From a virus (taxonomy: Duplodnaviria; Caudoviricetes): DNA of 48,018 nucleotides. The stretch spans positions 1 to 48,018 of the IMG/VR virus record IMGVR_UViG_3300037722_000305; one strand, written 5' to 3'. The notes beneath the pieces were generated by a model. That model searched no databases. It saw only the letters and a list, made by a program, of their open reading frames with translations, and had not been told where the DNA came from. The translations under genes were made by a program, and so were the position numbers. Every line of letters starts with the position of its first letter. The stretch's first letter is position 1. This document shows positions 17,974 through 27,953 of the stretch, in pieces.

Positions 17974-19983
17974 ATGGCATCCAATGATAAACTAGTTCGG
18001 ATTATCCTCAAACTCGTTGATGAGTTTAGCGGCGAATTAGATAAAGCATCATCCAAACTCAATAGCGTGGGTAAAAATATGATGAAGGTAGGGGCTGGTC
18101 TAACGGCTGGTCTTACCTTACCGATTGCGGCGGTGGGTATTGCCGCGACAAAAACCGCGATTGAATTTGAAGCCGCGTTTGCTGGTGTTGAAAAAACAGT
18201 ATCAGGGAGCGGCGATGAACTTGCACAAATACAACGTGAATTAAATTCGCTTGCCACGAGTGGGAGTAGTCCTGTTGCGGCGCTTGAAAATGCCCAATTG
18301 GAATTATATGAAATTGCGGAGGCGGCGGGTCAATTGGGCGTTAAAAGACAGGACATCGTAGAATTCAGTGATGTCATGGGGCAACTTGCCATGAGTACCA
18401 ATATTGCAGGCGAAGAAGGCGCTCAGATGGTAGCGCAATTTGCCAATGTCTCAAGGATGCCATTATCTGATATACGCAAGTTCGGAGATGTTATTTCGAC
18501 GCTAGGGAATAGCTTGGCAACTACTGAAAATGATATTTTACGCTTCGGTCAACGCATGGGGACGCTATCCAATATTGGATTTAACCCAGAGGAAATCCTC
18601 GCCTATGGTGGGGCGATGGCAAGTGCTGGCGTGACAGCCGAGCTAGGGTCTACCAATTTCTTGAAGGGCGCTCAAAATATTGCGGTTGCTGTTGCACAAG
18701 GTGGAGACCAGCTTTCTTTACTTGCCGATATGACCGGGCAAAGTGCCGAGCAATTCGCAAAGGCATGGGAGCAAGACGCGGCAGGCGCAATGCAATCTTT
18801 TGTTGAGGCGCTTGGGGATATGCCGCTTGAGGAGCAAGTTGCTGTCCTAGACCAATTGAACTTGAACGGGAGTGAGGCACAACGGACATTTTTAACCCTT
18901 GCTGGCAATACGGAATTGCTAGGAGATGCTTTAAATATGGCAGGCGAGGCAATGCAGGGGAATAATGCCCTGTTTGAAGAAAGCCAAAAACGCGCTGAAA
19001 CGACTGCCGGACAGTTAAATATCTTGCGGAACAACTTAACCCAACTTGCGGCTGATTTAGGCGCAGTTATTCTCCCCGTACTGAATATGTTCTTAGGCGC
19101 ACTTATTCCACTTGTGCAAGCCTTTAACAATCTGCCAGGTCCCGTGAAAACCGTAACGGTTGCCATCCTTGCCCTACTTGCGGCAATAGGTCCGGTCATG
19201 ATGATAGTCGGTGGAATTATTTCTGCGGTGGGGACAATCGGGACAGTCGTCGCAGGGCTAAGCGGTATATTTGCAGGTGTGAGCGCCGCTATTGCTGGTA
19301 TCGGTGCGGCGTTACCTGCGATAGGGGCTGGCATTGCCGCACTTGCCGCGCCCATTGCTATTGCGATTGCCGCTATTATCGCTTTAATTGCCGTAGGTGC
19401 TCTCCTTATCAATAATTGGGATAAGGTAAAGGAAGTTATTTCGCGCATCGGTGAGGGTATTGGTGTCGCAATAGATAGGATTAAGGGGTTAGGGGAGCAA
19501 ATCGGAACGATTGCGAGGCTCGTGGGGGAAAGTTTATTCAATGCCTTCAAAGGGCTTGCTGGCGCATTCTTATCACTTGGAGCGCAAATCATCGGGGGGC
19601 TAGTTGAGGGCATTAAGTCCAAAGTTGCCGCACTTGTGCAAACCGTCAAAGATATGGCAAGCCGCGTGACCAATTCTATTCGTGATGCCTTCCAGATACG
19701 AAGCCCCTCAAAACTCATGGCGAAAATGGGTAATCAAGTGGTAGCAGGCTTTAATCAAGGGATTGATGCAATGGGCGGGCTAGGTGTCAATACGCCACAA
19801 CTTGGACAAATGGCAAACGCCGTAGCACCCTCACTCGCAGGCGCAGGTATGGGCATGGGCGGGGGTGTCACAATCAATATCGAAAACTTAACCGTACCGT
19901 CGGGAACTACCCGTGAGCAAGTAGACTTCTTATTGCAAGAAATGGGCAAGCGCGTTAAGCAACGGGGAGCAAAGGGGTTCTAA
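17974..19983 (+). CDS. Tape measure protein (TP901 family)
   Basis: FEAAFAGVEKT, AAGQLG, LGN..ATTE.DI, hydrophobic Ala/Ile repeats, IRSPSKLM, G...GF..GI. Confidence 0.95.
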   Translation: MASNDKLVRIILKLVDEFSGELDKASSKLNSVGKNMMKVGAGLTAGLTLPIAAVGIAATKTAIEFEAAFAGVEKTVSGSGDELAQIQRELNSLATSGSSPVAALENAQLELYEIAEAAGQLGVKRQDIVEFSDVMGQLAMSTNIAGEEGAQMVAQFANVSRMPLSDIRKFGDVISTLGNSLATTENDILRFGQRMGTLSNIGFNPEEILAYGGAMASAGVTAELGSTNFLKGAQNIAVAVAQGGDQLSLLADMTGQSAEQFAKAWEQDAAGAMQSFVEALGDMPLEEQVAVLDQLNLNGSEAQRTFLTLAGNTELLGDALNMAGEAMQGNNALFEESQKRAETTAGQLNILRNNLTQLAADLGAVILPVLNMFLGALIPLVQAFNNLPGPVKTVTVAILALLAAIGPVMMIVGGIISAVGTIGTVVAGLSGIFAGVSAAIAGIGAALPAIGAGIAALAAPIAIAIAAIIALIAVGALLINNWDKVKEVISRIGEGIGVAIDRIKGLGEQIGTIARLVGESLFNAFKGLAGAFLSLGAQIIGGLVEGIKSKVAALVQTVKDMASRVTNSIRDAFQIRSPSKLMAKMGNQVVAGFNQGIDAMGGLGVNTPQLGQMANAVAPSLAGAGMGMGGGVTINIENLTVPSGTTREQVDFLLQEMGKRVKQRGAKGF

Positions 19984-21923
19984 TGGTTGCGCCGAGCAAT
20001 TACGATATTACAATCACCTTGAATGAGGTTGATATTACAAGTTATGTGCCTTATGAAAGCCTCGCAATGGATTTACACCGTCGCGAAGTATCTCGGTTAT
20101 CCCTTACAGTGCATAACCCGTCGGGCGTAACCCCTGCACGCGGTCAAACCATTACCGTTACAGCCGATAGCTTGGCAGGGTCACCGATTGTATTCACGGG
20201 CTATGTCATGGAAGTGACGAGCCGTAAACGGTCAAATGGCATTGTGAAAGAATATGATTTAGAGTGTGCGGATAGAAAAATCCGCTTGCAGAAATCGGTA
20301 TTGGCTTACAATGAGTATTCAGGCTTGGATAGTGATATTCTGAGTAGCCTCTTATCCGATACCTACCCTGATTTGTCTGATTTATTCGATTTCAGTAGCG
20401 ATGTCACAAGTTTCGCCAATGACCTATCACTCATCACGGATGATACCAGCCTCTTAGATGCCTTGAATGAGTTGGCAGATAAGGCGGATGCAGAGTATCG
20501 GTTTGATATTGAGGCAGTCAATGGGGGACTTGATTTTGATAATGATTTTGATAGTGATAATTACGTTGTAACTGGTGTATTTGGGATGAGCGTAGCCGTC
20601 ACAACGGGGGGAAATCCGGGTCAATGTGCTAAAGGCACAGCTGCGACATGGACAACACAAGAGAAAATGACAATAAACATTTATTTAGGCGAACTAACAG
20701 AAATTAACGATGTTACTTTTGATGTTTACACAGATATAATCTCCGCTGCCGCCCCACCACGCGCCCATATATCATTAAGATCGGGGGGGACATGGGATGT
20801 CGGGACTAAAACATATAGTGGGGGGTCTCTCCTCCATAACGATACATTTAATATTACTAATACAAATGCAACATGGGATAGTTTAAGCGCCAGTGTCGAT
20901 GGCGATTTCTGGTCTCCTCCATATTCTGCCGACCTTGTTAGTCTGTTTTTAGAGCCTACACACCCCATTACGGGCGGACATAGTGGGGCGGACATTCGTT
21001 TAGACAATATTAATTGGGGCGAAATCGCTGGTAATACGGATAGTCTACAATGGGATGCAGACCCCGACCTATCCGATTTCAATATCGACATTGATAGCGG
21101 TGATGAATTCGCCTTTGATATTGACTTGTATGAAGGCGATTGGGATGATTTCAATTCCATTACGGTTATCGGTGGTTTTGAGGAAGTCGCAATCGACTGG
21201 ACATATCGTGCGAGTGGTCAGCAAGAGCATATCAATCTCGAAACTGAGATAAAAGATTTAGTCGTCTATACCAATGGTGGCACAGATACAACGCCCTCAT
21301 GGGGGACAGCCCTTGCACTTGGCACATTCGGCACAGATACCTTAACAGGCGATGGTGGTGATAAAGATGTTCTCTATGACCCTGATAAGCATTGGCTATG
21401 GTTTGATACGAACCCACCGAACCTTGAAAATAGCATCCGCTTAACAGGGAGTATCTTAAAACCCATTCGTGTCCGCGTTGAGGACGTTGCGGATGGCGAC
21501 CCCACGTTTGCAACCCCGATAACCGATACATCGGTGACAACCACTGACCAAGCAATCGCAGTAGGCAATGCCGCACTCAAGAAAAACAATGCCCCTAGAC
21601 GACTGGATTTTAAGACGTATGAACCGGGTCTAAAGGTTGGGCAGTCGATAACGGTATCGGATAGCAATCGAGGGTTATCCGAGACATTAATTATCCAGAC
21701 GATTAAGGTCAAGTGGATAGGGAGCGCCCATGCGATTTTTGATGTGCAATGTGGCGATACCGAAAGTACAAGTTTGGATAGTATTGTGGCAAACAATGAT
21801 AAACGTAGCCGTATTGGTGTAGGGGCAAGCGCCCCGACGATTACGACCTATGAGGTCTATACCGATAATAGCGGCAATACCTTAACCGATGATAGCGGCA
21901 ATTTACTATATGAGGTGGCTTAA
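19983..21923 (+). CDS. Tail tip/baseplate hub protein with inserted central domain
   Basis: Follows the tape measure; YDLECAD, ALNELAD, NSITVIGG and GLKVGQSITV hub-like motifs. Confidence 0.7.
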   Translation: MVAPSNYDITITLNEVDITSYVPYESLAMDLHRREVSRLSLTVHNPSGVTPARGQTITVTADSLAGSPIVFTGYVMEVTSRKRSNGIVKEYDLECADRKIRLQKSVLAYNEYSGLDSDILSSLLSDTYPDLSDLFDFSSDVTSFANDLSLITDDTSLLDALNELADKADAEYRFDIEAVNGGLDFDNDFDSDNYVVTGVFGMSVAVTTGGNPGQCAKGTAATWTTQEKMTINIYLGELTEINDVTFDVYTDIISAAAPPRAHISLRSGGTWDVGTKTYSGGSLLHNDTFNITNTNATWDSLSASVDGDFWSPPYSADLVSLFLEPTHPITGGHSGADIRLDNINWGEIAGNTDSLQWDADPDLSDFNIDIDSGDEFAFDIDLYEGDWDDFNSITVIGGFEEVAIDWTYRASGQQEHINLETEIKDLVVYTNGGTDTTPSWGTALALGTFGTDTLTGDGGDKDVLYDPDKHWLWFDTNPPNLENSIRLTGSILKPIRVRVEDVADGDPTFATPITDTSVTTTDQAIAVGNAALKKNNAPRRLDFKTYEPGLKVGQSITVSDSNRGLSETLIIQTIKVKWIGSAHAIFDVQCGDTESTSLDSIVANNDKRSRIGVGASAPTITTYEVYTDNSGNTLTDDSGNLLYEVA

Positions 21924-22276
21924 TGCCCAAACTGAGTGAAGCAACGAATTTAGATAGCATCCAATTCCAAGAGCAAGCCAGCGCCCCTACTACCCCTGCA
22001 AGTGGGTTTCATCAAGTATATGCGGATAATGCAGGGGATATACACGCGATTAACGACGGTGGTATCTCGAAGAAATTAAGCGGTGTGAATGTTTCAACAG
22101 CCGATGTGAGCAACCCCCCAACGGATGCCGAGCTAGACAGTGAATTTGGCACACCCGCTACCGTTGGCGCAGGATTTATCGCTATTGTTGATGATAATGG
22201 CGCAGATACGAATGATTATCTTGTGGTATCCAATGGGACAAGCTGGTGGTACGCAACACTAACAAAGGCTACATAA
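21923..22276 (+). CDS. Minor tail protein
   Basis: TAATG-coupled; N-terminus similar to that of the following fibre gene. Confidence 0.6.
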   Translation: MPKLSEATNLDSIQFQEQASAPTTPASGFHQVYADNAGDIHAINDGGISKKLSGVNVSTADVSNPPTDAELDSEFGTPATVGAGFIAIVDDNGADTNDYLVVSNGTSWWYATLTKAT

Positions 22277-22279
22277 GCA

Positions 22280-23386
22280 ATGGTTGATAAGAAAATCGCC
22301 CCTGACGCTTACGATTTCCCTGAACAAGCTTCATCTGATAACCCTGATAGCGGTTACGTTCGCCTATTTGCAAAAACGGATAACAAACTTTATAGCCGTG
22401 ATGACACAGGGACTGAAACTGAATTAGGTAGCGGTGGCGGGTTCAATTCATTCTCACTCGCTGGCGATAGTGGTACACCTGAAACGGTAGAGAATAGCGA
22501 GACCCTGACGATTGCAGGGGGGACAAACCTTGCAAGTATCGTTTCGGCAGACGATACCGTGACTTTGAATATTGATGGTGAAATCGCGGTGGCAAATGGG
22601 GGGACAGGGGCGAGTGATGCGAGTACCGCACGGACTAATCTAGGGCTTGCAATCGGGAGTGACGTACAAGCCTATGATGCAGATTTAGCGGCATTAGCGG
22701 CGCTTGTAACATCAGGCGTACTTGCTCGGACGGGCGCGGGAACAGTTGCGGCACGCACGATTACAGGCACAGCAAGTAATATTGATGTCTCCAATGGCGA
22801 CGGGGTATCTGGCAATCCGACCCTGAACCTAATCGACACGGCGGTAACACCCGGTAGCTATACCAATGCGGATATTACAGTGGATGCAAAGGGGCGCGTC
22901 ACGTCCGCCGCAAATGGGAGTGGTGGCAGTGGTTTATACACGTCCATTGCAATCCTGACAGATACAAAAACAGATGGGACGGCTGGAGGGGCTTCAAGTG
23001 CGGCGACGTGGAATGCCCGAGATTTGAATACGGAAGATTACGACCCTGATGGGATTGTGACTATCTCTAGTAACCAGTTCACACCGATTTCAGGCGATTA
23101 TATTATCCACGTTTTAGCGCCTGCAAACGAGTCTGGTACTCATCGGCTGAGACTGTATAATGTAACAGGGACTTCACAAGTGGCGTTGGGAATAAACTCC
23201 CATGCGGCAACTTCGGGTGTGCAATCGGCAGCAATTCTAAAAGCGAGCTTTACAGCCAATGGTACGGACGCATATCGAATTGACCATTTTACCGCCGCTG
23301 GAAAGGGTACGAATGGTTTGGGTATACCTACGTCAGACACAAATACCGAGATGTACATGATTATCGTTTTGGAGAAATTATCGTAA
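22280..23386 (+). CDS. Tail fibre protein
   Basis: VANGGTGAS..ARTNLGL..G.DVQAYD and VTPGSYTNADITVDAKGRVTSAANG fibre motifs; C-terminal globular domain. Confidence 0.8.
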   Translation: MVDKKIAPDAYDFPEQASSDNPDSGYVRLFAKTDNKLYSRDDTGTETELGSGGGFNSFSLAGDSGTPETVENSETLTIAGGTNLASIVSADDTVTLNIDGEIAVANGGTGASDASTARTNLGLAIGSDVQAYDADLAALAALVTSGVLARTGAGTVAARTITGTASNIDVSNGDGVSGNPTLNLIDTAVTPGSYTNADITVDAKGRVTSAANGSGGSGLYTSIAILTDTKTDGTAGGASSAATWNARDLNTEDYDPDGIVTISSNQFTPISGDYIIHVLAPANESGTHRLRLYNVTGTSQVALGINSHAATSGVQSAAILKASFTANGTDAYRIDHFTAAGKGTNGLGIPTSDTNTEMYMIIVLEKLS

Positions 23387-23880
23387 TGAACAACAGTGAA
23401 TTTAGATTAGCCGTTGCTCAATTGCAAAGTGAAGTTTTTTTTGGGAATGCGATATTGATAATTGAAGTTGGCGACGATATAACTGACCAACAGGTGCTAG
23501 ATGGCGAGACTTTGACTGTTCTCACCCCGTCGCAACAAGAATTAGATGACGCGCTTATTAGAGCTAATACTAGTATTGCAACGGAAACATTAGAAACCAC
23601 ACAAGCGGATAGCGCACGCAATAGCCTCAAAAGTTTGATGATAGGCTTGCAAGATTTGTCATCAAGTGACAAGGGCTATGCGGTCTATGTGCGTCTCATG
23701 GCATGGCGCGACGGGGCAGACAATCCTACAATCTTAGGGATTGTCGATAAGGCAAGCGCCGTTGCCTATGTAACGAGCAAGGCGGAATGGGCAAATACCC
23801 CTGCTACGGTGAAACCCATGCTGAACGATATGATGGAAACCAACGCGGCGCTGTGTCAAGTATTACTCTTAATTTTATGA
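23386..23880 (+). CDS. Hypothetical protein (possible fibre chaperone)
   Basis: Coupled to the fibre gene. Confidence 0.55.
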   Translation: MNNSEFRLAVAQLQSEVFFGNAILIIEVGDDITDQQVLDGETLTVLTPSQQELDDALIRANTSIATETLETTQADSARNSLKSLMIGLQDLSSSDKGYAVYVRLMAWRDGADNPTILGIVDKASAVAYVTSKAEWANTPATVKPMLNDMMETNAALCQVLLLIL

Positions 23881-23897
23881 GGATAGAATAAGACACT

Positions 23898-24005
23898 GAC
23901 AAATACGTTTGTCCGCGATAGAGGACGTTCTGAGAGTACGCATTCCCTTGTGGCTCTTGGCGCGTCCTCTATGCGTTTAAATACAAGGGAAACGGACAAA
24001 ATACG
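23898..24005 (+). promoter_or_regulatory. Pseudoknotted 5' leader covering the RBS of the lysis-region operon
   Basis: 10-bp stem 23918-27/23963-72; loop 23943-51 complementary to 23983-91; 23908-15 complementary to 23993-24000. Confidence 0.55.
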
Positions 24006-24785
24006 ATGAGAGAATTGTTGAATTGGATAATCACCATGATACCTGAGATTTTAGGAGTTCTGACCACACTACTCGGTATTATCGCGGGTTGGCAAGCATA
24101 CAACATACAAAAGCAGAAGCAGAAGCATGACCGCGAAATGAAGGATAAGGATGCACGGCTTGAAGAAATTGAAAGTCTGCAAATCAAAATCCAAAGCGAT
24201 GCCAACGCGCAAGCGACACAGTTGGACATCCTAAAGAGTTCCATCGCAAATCAGGCTGAAAGTGATAAGCGATGGCATCATTGGATAGATGAAAGAAGTA
24301 AGCGCGATGTGGAACGTGATATGGAACGTGAAACGCGAATGCTTGATGTGTTGGAGCGATTGAATACGAGTATTTATGATAATACGCAGAGCGTCGCCAA
24401 TATGTCACAAGTGGCGGAGATCCAATCCGTTCGCTATGTGGAACTGGTAACTAGCAATCGTGAAACCACGCAATCGGTGATGAAAGAAGCCAAAGCCACC
24501 CGCGCCAGTGTCGATACAATTAAATCCACGATTGAGAAATCCTTTAATCTCGTGCAGTCGGCACTAACGACCTTGCAAAAGCGATTTGATGACATCACGG
24601 AATTAGAAGAAACGCATATCGAAGCACAGGGCGCACGCCATGATGAACAAATAGACCGCAGTGATGGGTTACGGGATGAGATAAGGTCTCTATCGTCTGC
24701 CATCACCACGATGTCCGACGTGATAGACAATACCCATAAACTCGTACAGGAACACTACAAAATAGAGAATGAGGAGACACCATGA
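24006..24785 (+). CDS. Membrane-anchored coiled-coil protein (lysis region)
   Basis: N-terminal TM helix followed by a long heptad region. Confidence 0.65.
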   Translation: MRELLNWIITMIPEILGVLTTLLGIIAGWQAYNIQKQKQKHDREMKDKDARLEEIESLQIKIQSDANAQATQLDILKSSIANQAESDKRWHHWIDERSKRDVERDMERETRMLDVLERLNTSIYDNTQSVANMSQVAEIQSVRYVELVTSNRETTQSVMKEAKATRASVDTIKSTIEKSFNLVQSALTTLQKRFDDITELEETHIEAQGARHDEQIDRSDGLRDEIRSLSSAITTMSDVIDNTHKLVQEHYKIENEETP

Positions 24786-25129
24786 CAGATGTACAGTATT
24801 GGAAGTCCTTACTTGCGATTGAGGTGGAGAAAAAGAAACAATTAGAGGCACAACTAAAAGCTGTCAAATCCTATATACGCAACCTCCAATTTGAAATAGA
24901 TAAGTTCACGATAGACTATTATGTAAAAATTGATGGTAGCGATTTCCGACACGCATTTGATGAAACCCATTCGCCTTACATGGGATATGGTGTGACAATG
25001 CGCGGTGAAATCGTAAAGGATTATACGGTTAGTTACGATGATACATCTCCTATTTGTCCTGATTGCGAATTTGAGGTGCAAGCAAGGGGCGTAAATCAAA
25101 CGAGAATAGAGAATGACGAGACGCTATGA
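24782..25129 (+). CDS. Hypothetical protein (CxxC)
   Basis: ATGA coupling at both ends; flanked by a 25-bp imperfect direct repeat. Confidence 0.55.
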   Translation: MTDVQYWKSLLAIEVEKKKQLEAQLKAVKSYIRNLQFEIDKFTIDYYVKIDGSDFRHAFDETHSPYMGYGVTMRGEIVKDYTVSYDDTSPICPDCEFEVQARGVNQTRIENDETL

Positions 25130-25671
25130 GTATCGAATTACAAGTCATCTCGATAATCTTGTTTGGTATTGTGACCATAATTTATGGCATACAAGCCTTT
25201 ACGGGTCGCACCGTTTCCGCAAATAAACAAGCGGACGCGGTTACGGCGCTGGCACTGATGAATAATCAGGAGCGTCAAGACGCGCAGGGAGAACGCCTGA
25301 ATATACAGGAGCAAGTCTCCTTGCTACGAGAAAACTTTGCAGGGGCAAAAGCTATCAATGGGGAATTACAGGCACGCCTTGACCGATTACAGATAAAGGC
25401 AGATAGCAGTGAGGCACAAGTTCACTTGCTGGAAAACCAGATGGCTAACCTAACGGTAGCGCGTACCAGTGACCAAGCCACCATTGCTGAGATGAAGTCC
25501 GAGATTAAGGACTTGAATAAGACCATCGGGTCACGTGATGAGACCATCGCCAAACAAGAAAAGACCATTGCCGAATTAAGCTCTACCATTGCCGAATTGA
25601 AAACCCAACTCGCGGACTTATCCGCACAAGTCGCAAGTCTATTGACCACAGAAAAAAAGGAAACACCATGA
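25126..25671 (+). CDS. Membrane-anchored coiled-coil protein
   Basis: N-terminal TM helix; TIAE/TIAK heptads. Confidence 0.65.
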   Translation: MSIELQVISIILFGIVTIIYGIQAFTGRTVSANKQADAVTALALMNNQERQDAQGERLNIQEQVSLLRENFAGAKAINGELQARLDRLQIKADSSEAQVHLLENQMANLTVARTSDQATIAEMKSEIKDLNKTIGSRDETIAKQEKTIAELSSTIAELKTQLADLSAQVASLLTTEKKETP

Positions 25672-26213
25672 AAGCATTACGCACAATATTTATCATTATC
25701 GGATTGGTACTGAGTATCAATATCACCTTTGCACAAGATGAAACACCCGAAGTCGTATCTACCGTGACCACAGTAATTGAAGAAACACCGACTGCTGAGG
25801 ATACAGGAGCATTCGCGATTGATGAAAGTATCATGATGCTCCTATCAACCCTCTTTAGTGTACTCGGTGTGACGGTCATTGCAGGGATTTCCGTATATCG
25901 CAATGGTGGTAATGTCAAGGATGCACTGAGAGCTAGTGCTGAAAGTGGCTTGCGTGGGATACTGACGAACGAGGGATTAAGCGGTACGATTGAAACGCGC
26001 CTCTTATCCATTCCGCAAAAACAGCGCGATTGGTTAATTGAACTTGTAAATCTAACTAGTCCCCTGACCGATACATCCACTATCAGCACGGACGCAGCGA
26101 CTTGGGTACGCAATGTGCTGGACGGAAATCTAGAAACAGGCGCGATTGTCGCACAGAGTACCCGTGATACATTTGAAACAATTGACGACAAACCCATAGA
26201 CGCGGTAGGTTAA
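25668..26213 (+). CDS. Membrane protein, holin-like candidate
   Basis: Signal peptide-like N-terminus (...TFA-QD) plus a second TM helix. Confidence 0.55.
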   Translation: MKALRTIFIIIGLVLSINITFAQDETPEVVSTVTTVIEETPTAEDTGAFAIDESIMMLLSTLFSVLGVTVIAGISVYRNGGNVKDALRASAESGLRGILTNEGLSGTIETRLLSIPQKQRDWLIELVNLTSPLTDTSTISTDAATWVRNVLDGNLETGAIVAQSTRDTFETIDDKPIDAVG

Positions 26214-26215
26214 AG

Positions 26216-26500
26216 ATGACAACCAATATCAACGTAAAGCAATACGCCACGACTGGCAGTTTGCAGACGTTCCTTTTAGCCGTGATTTTTGGCATTGCCT
26301 TAACCGCCGTTGCTGTACTGACGCTTAGCATGGTTATCGTACTTGGAATTTGTATCGCAGTCTATTTCATTCGCCATTTGAATGACTGGATAGTACCATT
26401 GCTAGGGATAATCGTGGGCAGCGTGTTAGCTTTGCTACTCGGTATATCCTTGCCTGAGCAGGCGCTACTTGTTGCCATCTTCGGCGCGGTATGGTTTTAA
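26216..26500 (+). CDS. Small multi-TM protein, holin candidate
   Basis: Almost entirely hydrophobic; directly upstream of the lysin. Confidence 0.55.
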   Translation: MTTNINVKQYATTGSLQTFLLAVIFGIALTAVAVLTLSMVIVLGICIAVYFIRHLNDWIVPLLGIIVGSVLALLLGISLPEQALLVAIFGAVWF

Positions 26501-26510
26501 GGAGTTTGTG

Positions 26511-27479
26511 ATGTCCTTAATAGGATACAATATTGATGGTGATGAACTAGCGAGTAATGATGCGATTATCAATCAGGTTAGGCGCGGGAAGTCGAATTGG
26601 CATATCGTGATAAACCATAAGGATGTTGCGCGGCGGATTGCACCGGATACCCAAAAAGGCGTTATTTTCCGTGCATATAATCCATATGGTGAAGGCACGA
26701 ATTTCGATAACGACTTCTGGATGAAACATAGTGCAGAAGAAACCGCGAATTGGATGAAGGCTAATTTAGATGACATCTCTGAGATGTATCTGACAGCAGG
26801 GAATAATGAACCATCCTCTAACCCTTCAAATCGTCCACAGTTGGTTAAGTGGTTGTCTGACCTCATGCACCATGTTGCAAATCGCAATCAACACGGTGCA
26901 ATCGGTGAAATCGCTGTAGCGAAAACCCTGCATCGCGATGAAATTGATAACGGGGTCTGGGATGAGTACCTTGAGACACTCTATCAATATCGAGACCGTC
27001 ACATTGCAACATTCCATGCGTATACAACAGGGTTGCCGCCTGCGAATTTCATACCGGGTTATCCTCAAAACCTCATAGATAAGTCCATCAGAGATATGTC
27101 ACGTTGGGTTAAACAAATCCCACTTGTAGAAGGTGGGTATCATCTGGGGCGGTGGCATTGGTTACGGGAACGCGCTATCAAAATCGGTAAGCCAATGAAA
27201 CGGGTCGTCATTACCGAGTGCGTGTATGACTACATGGAAGACGATAATGAAAACGGGCAATGGTTAAAAAATGTATTGCGACCAATGTTTTCATATGGAC
27301 GTTTCGAGGGGCTAAAAGGTTGGGAAGGACATAAACCTTATTTGAAGTGGTTACTCGATAATGACGATGATAGAGCATGGCAGGAATTCATGTTCGAGAG
27401 TATCGCGTGGTATGCGTCTGCAAGTGCGCCCGAAGTTGAGGGCATTTGCTTATTTGGATTGAACCCAGACTGGTACTAG
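26511..27479 (+). CDS. Putative endolysin catalytic domain, GH-A clan-like glycoside hydrolase
   Basis: NNEP (acid/base), FHAY, GRW, ITEC (nucleophile) and GICLF motifs; RBS AAGGAG before ATG26511. Confidence 0.6.
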   Translation: MSLIGYNIDGDELASNDAIINQVRRGKSNWHIVINHKDVARRIAPDTQKGVIFRAYNPYGEGTNFDNDFWMKHSAEETANWMKANLDDISEMYLTAGNNEPSSNPSNRPQLVKWLSDLMHHVANRNQHGAIGEIAVAKTLHRDEIDNGVWDEYLETLYQYRDRHIATFHAYTTGLPPANFIPGYPQNLIDKSIRDMSRWVKQIPLVEGGYHLGRWHWLRERAIKIGKPMKRVVITECVYDYMEDDNENGQWLKNVLRPMFSYGRFEGLKGWEGHKPYLKWLLDNDDDRAWQEFMFESIAWYASASAPEVEGICLFGLNPDWY

Positions 27480-27488
27480 GAGAATACA

Positions 27489-27953
27489 ATGAATCAAGGT
27501 GTAGACTTATCACGAGACGGCGTTGCATATTTTCGCACCCTCGTTGAGACAATTCCCGTAGCACACAATACCCCCACGCCCGTACCAGACCCCACGCCAG
27601 ACCCGATAGACCTAAGACCTATCACGATAACAGGCTACCGTGCCGCAACCCAGACACCCAATCATGTCAATATTCGGGATATGCCATCAGGCACAATCGT
27701 AGGGATACTCCCTGCATCCCCCGTTGTGACAAGCGGCTATGTGTCGCTCAATAAGCCTGTATCCAGTAACGGGTACATGTGGCAATACTATGAATTGGAC
27801 ATAGAGAATACCGTGTCGGGATATATTGCGGAGGAATTCGTTACCGAAATTATAAAGGATGAACCGCCACCTGTAGAGGATGACGTTATCGAAATGAGTA
27901 AGTCTGATTTTGATACTATCGTTGCGATTTTGGAGAAGTATCACCATGCGTAA
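27489..27953 (+). CDS. Pro/Thr linker plus SH3b-like binding domain, in frame with the upstream hydrolase
   Basis: TPTPVPDPTPDP linker; VNIRDMPSG.IVG.L...NGYMW......SGYIAEEF SH3b pattern. Confidence 0.65.
   Translation: MNQGVDLSRDGVAYFRTLVETIPVAHNTPTPVPDPTPDPIDLRPITITGYRAATQTPNHVNIRDMPSGTIVGILPASPVVTSGYVSLNKPVSSNGYMWQYYELDIENTVSGYIAEEFVTEIIKDEPPPVEDDVIEMSKSDFDTIVAILEKYHHA

Noticed and set aside
18672-19718. 348-aa antisense ORF
   Set aside because: Shadow of the Ala/Ile/Gly-rich tape measure gene.
22280-23880. Diversity-generating retroelement acting on the tail fibre
   Set aside because: No reverse transcriptase and no TR/VR pair differing at adenines was seen.
27477-27479. Genome-wide amber (TAG) reassignment
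   Set aside because: Core genes are intact under code 11 and other TAG stops (e.g. 10663, 37649, 46411) end proteins at natural C-termini; only the lysin case is in frame.
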